A DNA stretch of 60,777 nucleotides, filler included, from Stramenopiles sp. TOSAG23-2 (GCA_900128395.1; 4 parts of 4 records of this genome joined end to end with filler, not necessarily neighbours in it), one strand, 5' to 3'; shown: positions 34,203-45,266, counted from the whole stretch's first letter. The notes: generated from the sequence alone by a model not told the origin. Program-made: numbers and translations.

Positions 34203-35447
34203 TTATCCATTTCGCAATAACAATTCAGGTATTGATCCAAGAAAAGACGCTTCTTGGCCAAAAGACGAGCCATACGTACTTATAATCAATTCTGTTTTTG
34301 ATAATATATAAAATTCTACAATTGCTAATTCCATACCATCTAAACTATAACGATTTAATTTTTGGTCTGGTATATCAAGAAAATAAAATTTATTTTTAAA
34401 GTAAGCTTCATGTTCTTCGGCTTTTTCTTGAGTTTTGAAAAATTCCTTTGTTTCTATACTATTACTTGCAATATAAAAGTATACATTGGGTATATGAATT
34501 GATATTTGTTTCATTACATTTATATATTGGCTGTTTGATACGACATCATTGAAATTTAGAAATGTCTTTGGTACTGTGGAAGCAACGGTTGGCCAATCAT
34601 GTTTTTCATCCGTTTTTCGTATGTGAATACCTACAATTACTCTTCCTTTCAATGCACTCCATATTTTATTTATGGAATGTTGTATAGACTGGCTTAATAT
34701 AAACGATTTGTAAAAATGTTTTTTATACATAAAAAAGTCAAGACAATTGTTTCTAGTTGAAGATGCTTTCTTATTACTATCATTATTATTTATATTGGTA
34801 AGGGTATCCATCGGAACAAACCAACCATCATGGACAAAAATAACAATTTTCTGTTTTAACGTTTTATATGCCTCAACGTCTAATAATTGAAAACCTACTA
34901 GTGTTTTGTAGAATATATGCTCATCTTCATAATACTTTTGTTTTCCATGCAACGCTAGAAATACATCGATAGTATTTGTATGCCTTTTATTATTATCATT
35001 ATTATTACTACTACTACTAGTAGTAGTACTACTACTATAATCATCATACTTTCGCAATGGTTGTTGATATAAAGTAAAATAATCGTGATGAAAATATTGA
35101 TTATTGTCATCCAGCCTTGTAAATTCAAAAATATCTTGTATATCTATAAAACACTCTGGAGTTTTTTTCCATGATATGTACAATTTACGTTTTAATAATT
35201 TTGATAAATATACAAACGAAGCTAATGTTCTCATTCTATTTGCGAAACCATACTTATGCAACGGCACAATCAATTGTAAGTTATTATCTTTATCCGCTTG
35301 TAACAATTCCTCGTATGCTTGTGTTACTGTCGTTGAATTACATTGCAATAGTAACAAACTTAAAATGATATATACAAACGTAAAAAGGGTTACATAGACG
35401 ACTACTATTAAAGTTTTACATGGAAGAATGGGTTTTTTTATCCTCAT
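34203..35447 (-). CDS. Type II membrane fucosyltransferase-like (GT-B, GDP-fucose motifs) protein; C-terminus may continue in another frame
   Basis: TM; GFANRMR, VGIHIRKTD, FYIASN, STYGSSFG. Confidence 0.75.
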   Translation of the reverse strand: MRIKKPILPCKTLIVVVYVTLFTFVYIILSLLLLQCNSTTVTQAYEELLQADKDNNLQLIVPLHKYGFANRMRTLASFVYLSKLLKRKLYISWKKTPECFIDIQDIFEFTRLDDNNQYFHHDYFTLYQQPLRKYDDYSSSTTTSSSSNNNDNNKRHTNTIDVFLALHGKQKYYEDEHIFYKTLVGFQLLDVEAYKTLKQKIVIFVHDGWFVPMDTLTNINNNDSNKKASSTRNNCLDFFMYKKHFYKSFILSQSIQHSINKIWSALKGRVIVGIHIRKTDEKHDWPTVASTVPKTFLNFNDVVSNSQYINVMKQISIHIPNVYFYIASNSIETKEFFKTQEKAEEHEAYFKNKFYFLDIPDQKLNRYSLDGMELAIVEFYILSKTELIISTYGSSFGQEASFLGSIPELLLRNG

Positions 35448-35917
35448 CCTGTACTACGGGACATACGTCGTATCGATTATTAAATGTTGGATATTACAAA
35501 TAGAATAATCGTGTGAAAGCATACATATTGAACGAAGTTGTTGATACATTAATAAACACTGTATAAATATATATACAGTATAATAGTCGTCACACTGCCA
35601 GACTGGCACACCACCACAGTACCTGGTAGTAGTTAAGAAGCCAAAAGTACAGTATGATGCCAATAAGTCTGGAAGTTAAAGTATGCCAGGTATTATACTT
35701 TAGTATGCAAACTTAAAAGCTGAGAGGTGCAGAGGTATAGTTTGCTGTATTAATAATGACCCTATATGTTTTAACCTTAATCAAGGTAAAGCTCAATTGT
35801 CAATTATTATTGATCTAGATTTATATAAATATTGATTGTGCTTGCAAATAATCTCCATCAAAAGAAATTGAAAAGAAAGATAACAACATCATCATTGTAA
35901 AACAATTCATCATCATC

Positions 35918-38017
35918 ATGGCATCATTCAAACACAATGATGATGCGAAAGACGACGACGATGATGATGGTAACGATAGTACTAAAATATTTTTTAATCA
36001 TTTGGAATCACAAAATTTTTTTAAATATCTATGCGAGGAAGATTTTGATTTAATTAAATTTTGTGATAAAAATAAAGATGGTTTGAAGCAACTCGAGTCT
36101 ATGTTAACATTTTGTATATTACACGTCTATAAAAGTAAAGAAGAATTGTTGCACTCAAGTTATACATTAAAGAGTCTGGATAAAAATGTAGAAAATGAAA
36201 TTGAAAAATTAAAAGTCCAATGTGAAATTTTAGAAAAATTAAGTCGCACTTTGTCAGATGACGAAGTGGTATTAAATTTGTCTTCCGATAATTGTTTTGG
36301 TATGATATTGGATATGGTTATTGAAAATTTATATACATACAAACAATACAATGAAAAGTTAAAATCCATGTTGAAATTAAAGAACAATAAGTACGAATAT
36401 ATAGATTGTGCAGCAATATCTGTTTTTGATGTTGATTTCTTAGATACTGCAGATGGCTTAATGATAAATAATAATAATAATAATAATAGAGACGATTATG
36501 ATAATAATACTTATAGTCAAAAAATAAAAAATGAGAATAATAATATTGTTGATGATATAGATGAAATTTTTATTCGTGTTAAAAAACCAACAAATAATAA
36601 TATGTTGTCATCATCTTCAAAATATACGGAGGAAAATTATATAAAAAATGAAAATACAAAATTGATAATGTCTGTTACCAATGATATTATTGCATATGTT
36701 TTTGATATTTTCTCTGTCGTATTGAATTGCGACAAAACCACTGTTGTTCCTGAACTAGAACCAAATAAACGAAAGATCAGACGATCCATTGTAAATAAAA
36801 GAATTAATTCCAACTTTATATCTTTTCTTGTAAATCAATTAATGACATCATCTCATAACAATCCACTTGAAAGGGAATTGTGCAAATATTCTTTGATGGA
36901 TTTAATAGGTCGAAGATCTGTACGTCAAATATTTTTTTCAATATTAAATAATTCTATATTAGAATGTATTTCATGTAAAATAAATGTTGAAAATTTTACT
37001 TTACGGAATGATAGTAATCAAATTTTTATGATAGAAAATACAAATTGTAGCTATGTGACCATGGAAAGTATACGTGAAATTTTGACAATATTGAATATGT
37101 TTATTGCAAAAGCATTTCATACTCCGTTATGGAGGTATGAGCGTCATATGATTTTCAATACATTATTACCTTTGCATAAAACTACATATTTACCAGTAAT
37201 TATTGATTTAGTAACAAATTGTATAGAAGAAATCATAAATATCGAGCCGTCCATATTGGAAAGATATGTACATATATTGTTATATAAAATATGGCCAACC
37301 AGGTCAAGTGTGAAACAAGTATGTTTACAGCATGAACTGAAGACATTGGTTAAACTTTCTGACAAATATAATAATACAGATATTTTGAAGTTAATATATC
37401 ACAAAATAAGCAAGTTAATAAGTAGTCAACATTTTCAAGTTGCGTTAGAATATACAAGTTTTTTTGAAATTGTTGAATTTATAGAGATATTTGAGAAACA
37501 TAAAGAAAACCTTGTACCTATCATAACGGAAGCATTGGAAGAAAATGTTAATAAACATTGGCATCGTGGTGTTAGATTACGTAGTAAGGAATTATTAAAT
37601 GCTATTGATATTATGTGGAAAGAAGATAAAAGTAAAAAAAAGAAAAAGAATAAAAAGAAAAAGAAGGAGAAACCAGATAAATCACATTTGAAGTTAGATA
37701 CATTAGATAATACGGATGAAGATACTAATAGTAGTGATGATAGTCGAAGACGTAGAATTATTATAGAAGCATTTTCACCCAAACATAATAGAAAATCAAG
37801 TGAAACGAGAGTATATTCACCAGTAAGAAGAAATGCTGGTAAAGGTTTTTTTCAAATTTTTCATAAGAAAGTTCCTGTTGTTCCATCGATGAATGATAGA
37901 ATGGATTTGTACGTTATAGATACAAGTAGCGATGATGGTGATGATGATGATGATACAAATAATTTGACAAGTGACTGGTTAAAAAAACGTTCTAATAATA
38001 TAATTAATAAGAAGTAG
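35918..38017 (+). CDS. Divergent PP2A B56 (B') regulatory subunit-like protein
   Basis: ERELCK, LLPLHKT, KIWP..SSVKQV, SSQHFQVA and KHWHRGVR match the B56 core. Confidence 0.75.
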   Translation: MASFKHNDDAKDDDDDDGNDSTKIFFNHLESQNFFKYLCEEDFDLIKFCDKNKDGLKQLESMLTFCILHVYKSKEELLHSSYTLKSLDKNVENEIEKLKVQCEILEKLSRTLSDDEVVLNLSSDNCFGMILDMVIENLYTYKQYNEKLKSMLKLKNNKYEYIDCAAISVFDVDFLDTADGLMINNNNNNNRDDYDNNTYSQKIKNENNNIVDDIDEIFIRVKKPTNNNMLSSSSKYTEENYIKNENTKLIMSVTNDIIAYVFDIFSVVLNCDKTTVVPELEPNKRKIRRSIVNKRINSNFISFLVNQLMTSSHNNPLERELCKYSLMDLIGRRSVRQIFFSILNNSILECISCKINVENFTLRNDSNQIFMIENTNCSYVTMESIREILTILNMFIAKAFHTPLWRYERHMIFNTLLPLHKTTYLPVIIDLVTNCIEEIINIEPSILERYVHILLYKIWPTRSSVKQVCLQHELKTLVKLSDKYNNTDILKLIYHKISKLISSQHFQVALEYTSFFEIVEFIEIFEKHKENLVPIITEALEENVNKHWHRGVRLRSKELLNAIDIMWKEDKSKKKKKNKKKKKEKPDKSHLKLDTLDNTDEDTNSSDDSRRRRIIIEAFSPKHNRKSSETRVYSPVRRNAGKGFFQIFHKKVPVVPSMNDRMDLYVIDTSSDDGDDDDDTNNLTSDWLKKRSNNIINKK

Positions 38018-38249
38018 AAAAGGTAAAGTTAAAAAAAAGAAACAGAGCTACTACTAAAATTATTGCATTAGTCCAATATTCATTGTCCACAGCGTGACAT
38101 TATCGTTTAATAAGTAGTTCTTTTTGATTATACGTCGTCTGTTCCGACTAACACCCTAACTCTAATGCTGCCTACGATAAATAACACTACACATCATTAG
38201 TATTGAATTGCTTCATTAAGTACGTATCCAACAAGCAATCTATTATAAA

Positions 38250-38330
38250 TCTGGCAATCTGGCAATCCACAGCAACCAGCAATCCAACCAATCTGGCAAT
38301 CCAGGCAATCCAGGCAATCCAGGCAATCCA
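38250..38330. repeat. Intergenic (c[a/t]ggcaatc)n minisatellite
   Basis: Multiple ggcaatc-containing 9-mers. Confidence 0.8.
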
Positions 38331-38746
38331 CAATCCACCAACACAGCACTCCAGGCACTCGGCACTTCGTTCCAAGCTGGCAAGCACCCCCCAACAACAA
38401 TTTTTTTATTAATTAATACAGTTAAAATAATAAAATGGATCCCTAATAGAATATAAAATGATGTATAAGATATGTACAATAATTCAATATAGAAGTAGAT
38501 AACAAATAGATAGATACATAGAGATTTATATACAGATAAATATTTAAATAAATAGATAACATTAATATTTAAATATTTACCCAGTTAGATATCTATATTA
38601 TATCAAAAAAAAGTAACAAAACTATTCTTCAGGAGAGATATATTATTATATTTTCCCTTTTGTGTATATATATCCATTTTACAGGTATATATACACTTAT
38701 TTTTAAGTATATTGATAGAATAGAAAACATATATATATATATATAA

Positions 38747-40639
38747 ATGAATATAACTAACATAACCGCTGCTGCTACTATTGATGGAGTGAAGTGTTGT
38801 AAAATATGGCATAAACCTGACGGTGTTATAAGTGGTTTACATTTTGTTTATTCAGCTTTAGCATTTTTATTAGCTGCTCTATTCTTTTGTATACTTTCAG
38901 TGGAGCATAAAATAGTAGAATTTATACAAAACGAAAAGGCCGGTGGATCAATAGGTTTTTGGTGTCCACCTTTTATGTGTATATTTATAGGCATCGATAC
39001 GTTAATTGTAGGTTTAGGCACCTATGACTACCAAAGTACTTGTTGCCTGATAGGAGAGGGGGTGCTGCATGCACGATACGTGGTCCGTTCGATCATTCAT
39101 CCATTAGTTCTCATATCGACGTTTGAACAGACATATTTAACGTTTAAACGTCGTTCGGCAAACTTTTGTTGCATTAAATTTGACGATGGGCATAGAAAGA
39201 AAAGTACGCGTCTTAGATCCAAGATTGCGAGAGCATCTGCTTGGATTTATGGCTTGGGCATGTTAACGTGGACATTGATAACGAACATATCGTTAATTTA
39301 TGAGCCTGTGGAGCCATCAAAAATGCGTAGATTTACAACGAAATCGTTAAACGTAAAAGATCCATGGTCTGTCGACGTGTTAGAGCTGTCTATTTTTTTG
39401 ATCTTTTTATTTTATTTATCGTTTGAAATTTGGAGATATGGCACCACATTGGCATTTCAAATAAATACAACATATTGCAACAAATGGAGCTTTATGTTTG
39501 GTGCTACTACTTTAATTTTAGTATCGTATTTATTACCAGCAGCACAAAGCATTTATTTTGCCGATTTATCATTGGTAATATTTTTAGTTGCTAATTTTAA
39601 AATTGAATTAATGATATTAGAAGATTTAAGACGTGCTAGAGCTTTGCAAAAGAATTTTGATTTGAAAGGTGAAGAATTGCGACGCAAAAGTGAATTAGAG
39701 TGGTCGTTGAAACTACAAGCTGAGGAGGAAGAAGAGGATGAAGAAAACGGTTTATTAGATGTTCAAAACCCAATGTTGGCTAATGAAAAAAATGAAGATA
39801 TAGATGAAGAAGGGGAAGATATTACCTTAGAAATGACCAATAGTAATAGTTCAGCATTTGAAACTCCACAAGCAAAAACATCAATATCTGAATTAGATAT
39901 CACCACTAGTCCGGATGGCGATGATGTAGTTGCTGATGTAAATGATATAGGAATTATGTTAGATGATGCCACCGCTGATAATGATATTAGTAAGGATGAT
40001 AGTAATAATAATGCGAAAGAAAAAGAAGAAGAAGAGGTAATAGTGGATAATGGTAATAGTAATAATAATGTAAATGAGAAGGAGGAAACAATAATAGTAA
40101 CAGTAGACGCTCATAATTCGGAAACTAAAACCGTGACTAAACAATCCTTAGTAGATGATCGCTCTCGAACCGGGTTTGCAATTGGAGATCGTGTAAATGT
40201 GTTGGGAAAGGTGGATAGTAAACTGTATCCTGCCACAGTTTACAATATTGGTGAATCACAAGTAGAATTACGGTGGGATGATGGCGATGCTAGCAACAGA
40301 TTGCATGCATTCGATGTGCCAAAACTTATTACTACAACTAAGATAGAAACGACGAAAGAAGAGGATACAATGACTTTGGAGAAGGAGCCAAAAAAAGAAA
40401 CAAAGTCAGAGGAGCCGAAGAAAGACGAAAGTGAAGTGACAACAGATGATAATACAACGGAAACTCCAATAGGTACGCCTGCTATGAAAACGAAAACAAA
40501 TCCTAATTTTCCCGGTCCTTTAAAAAAGGATGGAACACCTGATATGAGATATAAAGCTAATAAAGATCATGTGAAGCAAACTTCACCAGACAGTAATGGT
40601 AAAAAAAGTGTTTTGAATAGTGTGAATAGTAGTGTGTGA
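38747..40639 (+). CDS. Multi-pass (about 7 TM) membrane protein with acidic tail, Tudor-like domain and KKDGTPDMRYK motif
   Basis: About 7 hydrophobic segments in the first 290 aa; FAIGDRVNV..LYPATV..LRWDDGD; GPLKKDGTPDMRYKANK. Confidence 0.7.
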   Translation: MNITNITAAATIDGVKCCKIWHKPDGVISGLHFVYSALAFLLAALFFCILSVEHKIVEFIQNEKAGGSIGFWCPPFMCIFIGIDTLIVGLGTYDYQSTCCLIGEGVLHARYVVRSIIHPLVLISTFEQTYLTFKRRSANFCCIKFDDGHRKKSTRLRSKIARASAWIYGLGMLTWTLITNISLIYEPVEPSKMRRFTTKSLNVKDPWSVDVLELSIFLIFLFYLSFEIWRYGTTLAFQINTTYCNKWSFMFGATTLILVSYLLPAAQSIYFADLSLVIFLVANFKIELMILEDLRRARALQKNFDLKGEELRRKSELEWSLKLQAEEEEEDEENGLLDVQNPMLANEKNEDIDEEGEDITLEMTNSNSSAFETPQAKTSISELDITTSPDGDDVVADVNDIGIMLDDATADNDISKDDSNNNAKEKEEEEVIVDNGNSNNNVNEKEETIIVTVDAHNSETKTVTKQSLVDDRSRTGFAIGDRVNVLGKVDSKLYPATVYNIGESQVELRWDDGDASNRLHAFDVPKLITTTKIETTKEEDTMTLEKEPKKETKSEEPKKDESEVTTDDNTTETPIGTPAMKTKTNPNFPGPLKKDGTPDMRYKANKDHVKQTSPDSNGKKSVLNSVNSSV

Positions 40640-40945
40640 TAAAATAACAAACACAAGAAAAAGCAGAAAAAGCAGAGAAAAAAATATATACTCGAGTCGT
40701 GTCAAAATGTAATCTTAGAATATTAAAAATAAATGTGTGCGCGCTTTTTTTACATATTTTTCTTTTGTCTCCCCCATCGTTTAATAACTTTTTATTTTCA
40801 CATTTTATTATACTCGTACAGTATATTATATGCTCTTGTCATTATACGTTTTCGCACTTTACTATGATTATTTATAATATATAATATATTATGATAATAA
40901 ATCTCTCCTGCTTTGAGTTTTATAGTTTTATGTGGCGTTTTTTTT

Positions 40946-41596
40946 TTATAATTTTGAAACTTTACTCGCTGTGTCCCAATTTCCTAAAATATGTGAACTG
41001 CCCATGGGAAAACTTCGTGGTGGCCACTGAACTTGTAATACTTCGCAATTTTTAAACATTCTACCAAGCAATGCATGGAAAATACCACCATGACCATAAA
41101 TTACTATTGATTTTTCTTTCCTACCTGATATCCATTCTGCTAATTTTGCGATACGTTTGGATACTACTTCTGTATGTTTTGCAAAATTTTTTGATGGGCC
41201 TGTTGAAAATTTTTCTTCATCTAAATACCACCATTCATCTTCTTTCATCAAAGTATCATAATTAAGAGAAGGAAAACGCTTTTGTAATACAGATTTGCTA
41301 CTTCCATTATCACACTTCCAACCACTATGTCTCTCGCAGACTAATGGCAATATATATGGTGATATTTTTTTCGCACTATTATGATTTTCTAATGATAAAA
41401 GACATGTTTCAGTTGCTCTTGTCATTGGAGAGGTTACTATTAAATCAAAGTCCATAAATCCTAAAATTCCTTGAATGGATTTGGCCTGTTTCCTACCATA
41501 TTTTGTCAATGGATTATCCGGGGTATGCAATGCTGCCCTTTCTATATTATGTGCACTTTCTCCATGCCTAACAAATGTTACAATTTTGGATGCCAT
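40946..41596 (-). CDS. Histidine phosphatase (phosphoglycerate mutase family) with PTS1
   Basis: RHGES, SPMTRATET, IYGHG; C-terminal SKL. Confidence 0.88.
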   Translation of the reverse strand: MASKIVTFVRHGESAHNIERAALHTPDNPLTKYGRKQAKSIQGILGFMDFDLIVTSPMTRATETCLLSLENHNSAKKISPYILPLVCERHSGWKCDNGSSKSVLQKRFPSLNYDTLMKEDEWWYLDEEKFSTGPSKNFAKHTEVVSKRIAKLAEWISGRKEKSIVIYGHGGIFHALLGRMFKNCEVLQVQWPPRSFPMGSSHILGNWDTASKVSKL

Positions 41597-42229
41597 TGTA
41601 TTTTGTAATTGTTATAATAATATGTTTCGCAGCTCTTTCTTGCAAATGTTTTTTTATGTATATTTTAGCTTGGCAACCTTGCGGCGGCGCATGAGAGTTT
41701 TATTAGTATATTAGTATATATGTCATATTATATTACTGTGATGTTAGACTGTGGTATAACAACTGTGGTAAATATGCAACAACAAATGTATTGTTAATTA
41801 AAACCAGAACCTGGCTGGCAGAAATTAATCTATAATTGTATCTAGGTTAAGGTCGTAGGTCGTCCAAGACTTTTTTTTTCATATGGCAGAATACGGAAAG
41901 AAGAGTCAAAAAAAACACGTATTATCTATTAATGGAGGTGCTGTGTTCATGCTAATATTTTACAAATTTTAAATTTCAATCATTCAATGATGTTGCAGAC
42001 AAAAATAATTGATTTTATAAATTGAATTAATATTATACTAAGAATAACTAAAACAAAAAATAATTTAAATATGAACAGATACTATCATCATATCGTAGAT
42101 ATATATATATGTAATTACATATTAGAGGAAGAGAGATAAGGAGAAATATAATATATTGAAAATTGAGATAGAGAGATATATTCAATAGGAGTAAATAATA
42201 ATAATATAGAATATTGATATTTAATAAAT

Positions 42230-44131
42230 ATGGCAACAGAAATTGCATATGCACAAATTATACATGTTGCTGGTTATGCTGGTGACCCACACTTTCAAAA
42301 AGTTGCTAATATAGTAGCTGCGTTGGAACATTTAATTGGTTCTAAGAAAATGCGGGCTAGAATCATTGAACATAGCACGCAAGAAGAATATACGAAATGG
42401 GCCCAAGAGAAGGTTGGTCAGTTGAATACACGTGGTGTACAAATTGATACAAATGCATCTCCTTTATGTTATAATGATAAAGATGAATATTTAGGTACAG
42501 CTGACCAAGCAATTGAATATTTTCGTTCTGCATTTTTATCACGTAGCTCTGGTAATAGTGGTAGCAGCATGTTAGCACCTGTGAACCCAGACTTGGTTAT
42601 GAATGATGCCAACGGTACAAAATCATCGAAAGATGAAGAATATGAATATGATTTGATTGTTATTGGTGGTGGTAGTGGTGGTTTAGCATGTGCTAAACAA
42701 GCGTCTAAATTAGGTGCAAAAGTTGCTATGTGTGATTTTGTAAAACCATCCCCACTAGGGACTAAATGGGGTTTAGGTGGTACGTGTGTCAACGTTGGGT
42801 GCATTCCTAAAAAATTAATGCATACAGCTGCATTATTACGTGAATCCATGCTTGATTATGATGCATATGGTTGGGAGTTAGGCGATGAGAAAAGTTTGCC
42901 ACAAGTTGTGAATTGGCCAAAGATGGTACAAAATGTACAAAACCATATCAAAAGTTTGAATTTTAAATACCGTGTTGAATTGCGTGAAAAAGATGTCAAG
43001 TATGAAAAAAAATTAGCATCATTTACGGATGATCCACACACCATCGAAATGAAGGATAAAAACGGTAATATCAGCACTGCAACTGCACGTCGTATTGTTG
43101 TTGCAGTTGGTGGAAGACCGACACCAATCAATTGCGAAGGTGGTGAATTGGCTATTAGTTCCGATGATATATTTAGTATGAAAACGGTGCCAGGCAAGAC
43201 ATTAATTATTGGTGCATCTTACATTGCTTTAGAATGTGCTGGGTTTTTAAGAGGATGTGGATTCGATGTTACTGTTATGGTACGTAGCATCCTGTTGCGT
43301 GGATTTGATCGTGATTGCTGTGAACGTATTGGTAAAGATTTAGTTGAAAAAGGTGTTAAATTTATTTATGGTTGTGTTCCATCCTCCATTAAAGCAAATG
43401 GGGATGAAAAAGTAGTTACATGGATCAATAGTGGAAGCAAAGATTGCACAGAACCAGCTGCACCTGGAAGCGATACTTTCAACACCGTGTTAGGTGCAAT
43501 TGGACGTACTGCAGATACTACATTGTTAAATGTTGATAAGGTTGGCTTGAAAATCAATCCAAGAAATAAAAAGTTAATTTGTGAAAATGAACAAACAAAT
43601 ATCCCGCATATTTATGCAATTGGTGATGTAATAGATGGCCGACCAGAATTAACCCCAGTAGCTATACAAGCAGGAAAGCTATTGGCGAAACGCATTTACG
43701 AAGTTGGTTGTACCAGGCAAATGGATTATCACCATGTAGCAACAACTGTTTTTACCCCATTGGAATATGGTACCATTGGTTTCAGCGAGGAAGATGCAGA
43801 AAAGAAATATGGGGCAAAAAATATTGAAGTATATCACCGTGTATTTGCGCCATTGGAATGGACTATGCCAAATCATCGCCCTGAGAATATGTGCTATGCA
43901 AAGTTAATATGCGATAAAAATGACAATGAACGTGTTGTTGGGTTTCATTATTGTGGTCCAAATGCTGGTGAAGTAACCCAAGGTTGGTCTTTAGCAATGA
44001 AATGTGGGGCTACATATGATGATTTTTGGAACACTGTTGGAATACATCCAACTGTAGCTGAAGAATTTACCATTCTTAGTGTTACGAAAGCTAGTGGTGA
44101 ATCAGCTGAAGGTGGTAGCTGCTGAGGTTAA
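42230..44131 (+). CDS. TXNRD: Selenoprotein thioredoxin reductase (large type) with N-terminal glutaredoxin-like domain; UGA 44123-44125 = Sec
   Basis: GGGSGG, GGTCVNVGCIPKK, GIHPT; ends tgc TGA ggt TAA = C-U-G-stop; SECIS downstream. Confidence 0.93.
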
Positions 44132-44364
44132 GCGTATATATGTAATATGACAATGAATGATGATGATCATCATCATTTTGTCATTATACATATATGCGCA
44201 ATTAATATCTTCAGTTAGCTGATTTGCAATAATATACATAATATATATATGAAGAAATGAAAACAATTTATCAAATCTCTATGCCGATATGTTGTTTGTA
44301 TCACATACATAAACATACCTGCATAGCAGGGAAAGGCATTTATTTTTTCAATACATATATATAA

Positions 44365-44445
44365 ACATGTGTCTATGACATTATACAATAGTAAAAATAT
44401 TGTTATTTAATACAATAACTATGTTATAATTGAGATATTGCAAAT
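44365..44445 (+). promoter_or_regulatory. Type II SECIS element
   Basis: AUGAC (44375), 13-nt helix II pairing with 44418-44430, AAAAA, mini-helix UAUUGU/ACAAUA, UGAG (44431). Confidence 0.8.
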
Positions 44446-44509
44446 GGAAGTTTGTTGGTCAAATATATATATATATATCAATATACATATATTTTATCCG
44501 AACGAGAGA

Positions 44510-44718
44510 GAGTGAAAAATAAAAAAAGTATGATAGTACACACACATACACACCGTAATACATGTGTATGTGGATATGAACGTTCGTACGCGTGTAATAT
44601 TAATTTTATACGAACGTGAGTGAAAAATAAAAAAAGTATGATAGTACACACACATACACACCGTAATACATGTGTATGTGGATACGAACGTTCGTACGCG
44701 TGTAATATTAATTTTATA
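44510..44718. repeat. About 100-bp near-perfect direct repeat (x2)
   Basis: gagtgaaaaataaaaaaagtatgatagtac...aattttata at about 44510 and about 44618. Confidence 0.85.
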
Positions 44719-44769
44719 TTAAAAATATTATAATATTTTAGTACAAAGTGTAATATTTAGAACATATAT

Positions 44770-45219
44770 TTATTTTAATACATTTGTTTTCTCTATAACA
44801 TCAATTCGTATTGGCATTTTTAAATATGGGCCACTATACATTGTCAACGCACTACGCAACTTAGTTTGCTTTTCTTTTTCAACTGTAATTTCAATTATAC
44901 CAATATGTTTTTGTTGATTATAACTTATGACTTTATACGGATATAAACTTTCTCCTATCATACCATACATCGAATTAACAGCCAATTGAATTATATGTTT
45001 AAAATTTAGTTCAGTTAACTTATCCTTCATATCTGCTGCCTCCTCGTTATCATCATAATGTACATATGTAACAAAATAACAATTGTTCGTACTCAACTCA
45101 CTTGCATTTTTACTACTACTACTAACTTTGACTTTTTTAGTAGTCGTAGTAGTCGTTGTAGATATTTGACTTCTTTTCTTATTATTACTTGAAACGTTGC
45201 TCTCTGTTACCACCTGCAT
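44770..45219 (-). CDS. Rpp14/Pop5-family RNase P/MRP subunit-like protein
   Basis: FKHIIQLAVNSMYGMIG, GIIEI and KLRSALTM pattern. Confidence 0.65.
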   Translation of the reverse strand: MQVVTESNVSSNNKKRSQISTTTTTTTKKVKVSSSSKNASELSTNNCYFVTYVHYDDNEEAADMKDKLTELNFKHIIQLAVNSMYGMIGESLYPYKVISYNQQKHIGIIEITVEKEKQTKLRSALTMYSGPYLKMPIRIDVIEKTNVLK

Positions 45220-45266
45220 TGTTATTATTATTTTTTAATCAAATATATATATATGATCAGATTGTT

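Noticed and set aside
38187..38479. Short ORFs with WIA/DCL/LPG repeats
   Set aside because: Translations of the ggcaatc minisatellite
44257..44300. Alternative SECIS (AUGAA-AACAAUUUAUC-AAA...GAUAUGUUGUU)
   Set aside because: The 3' side reads UGUA and lacks the GA of the quartet; the 44375 candidate fits fully
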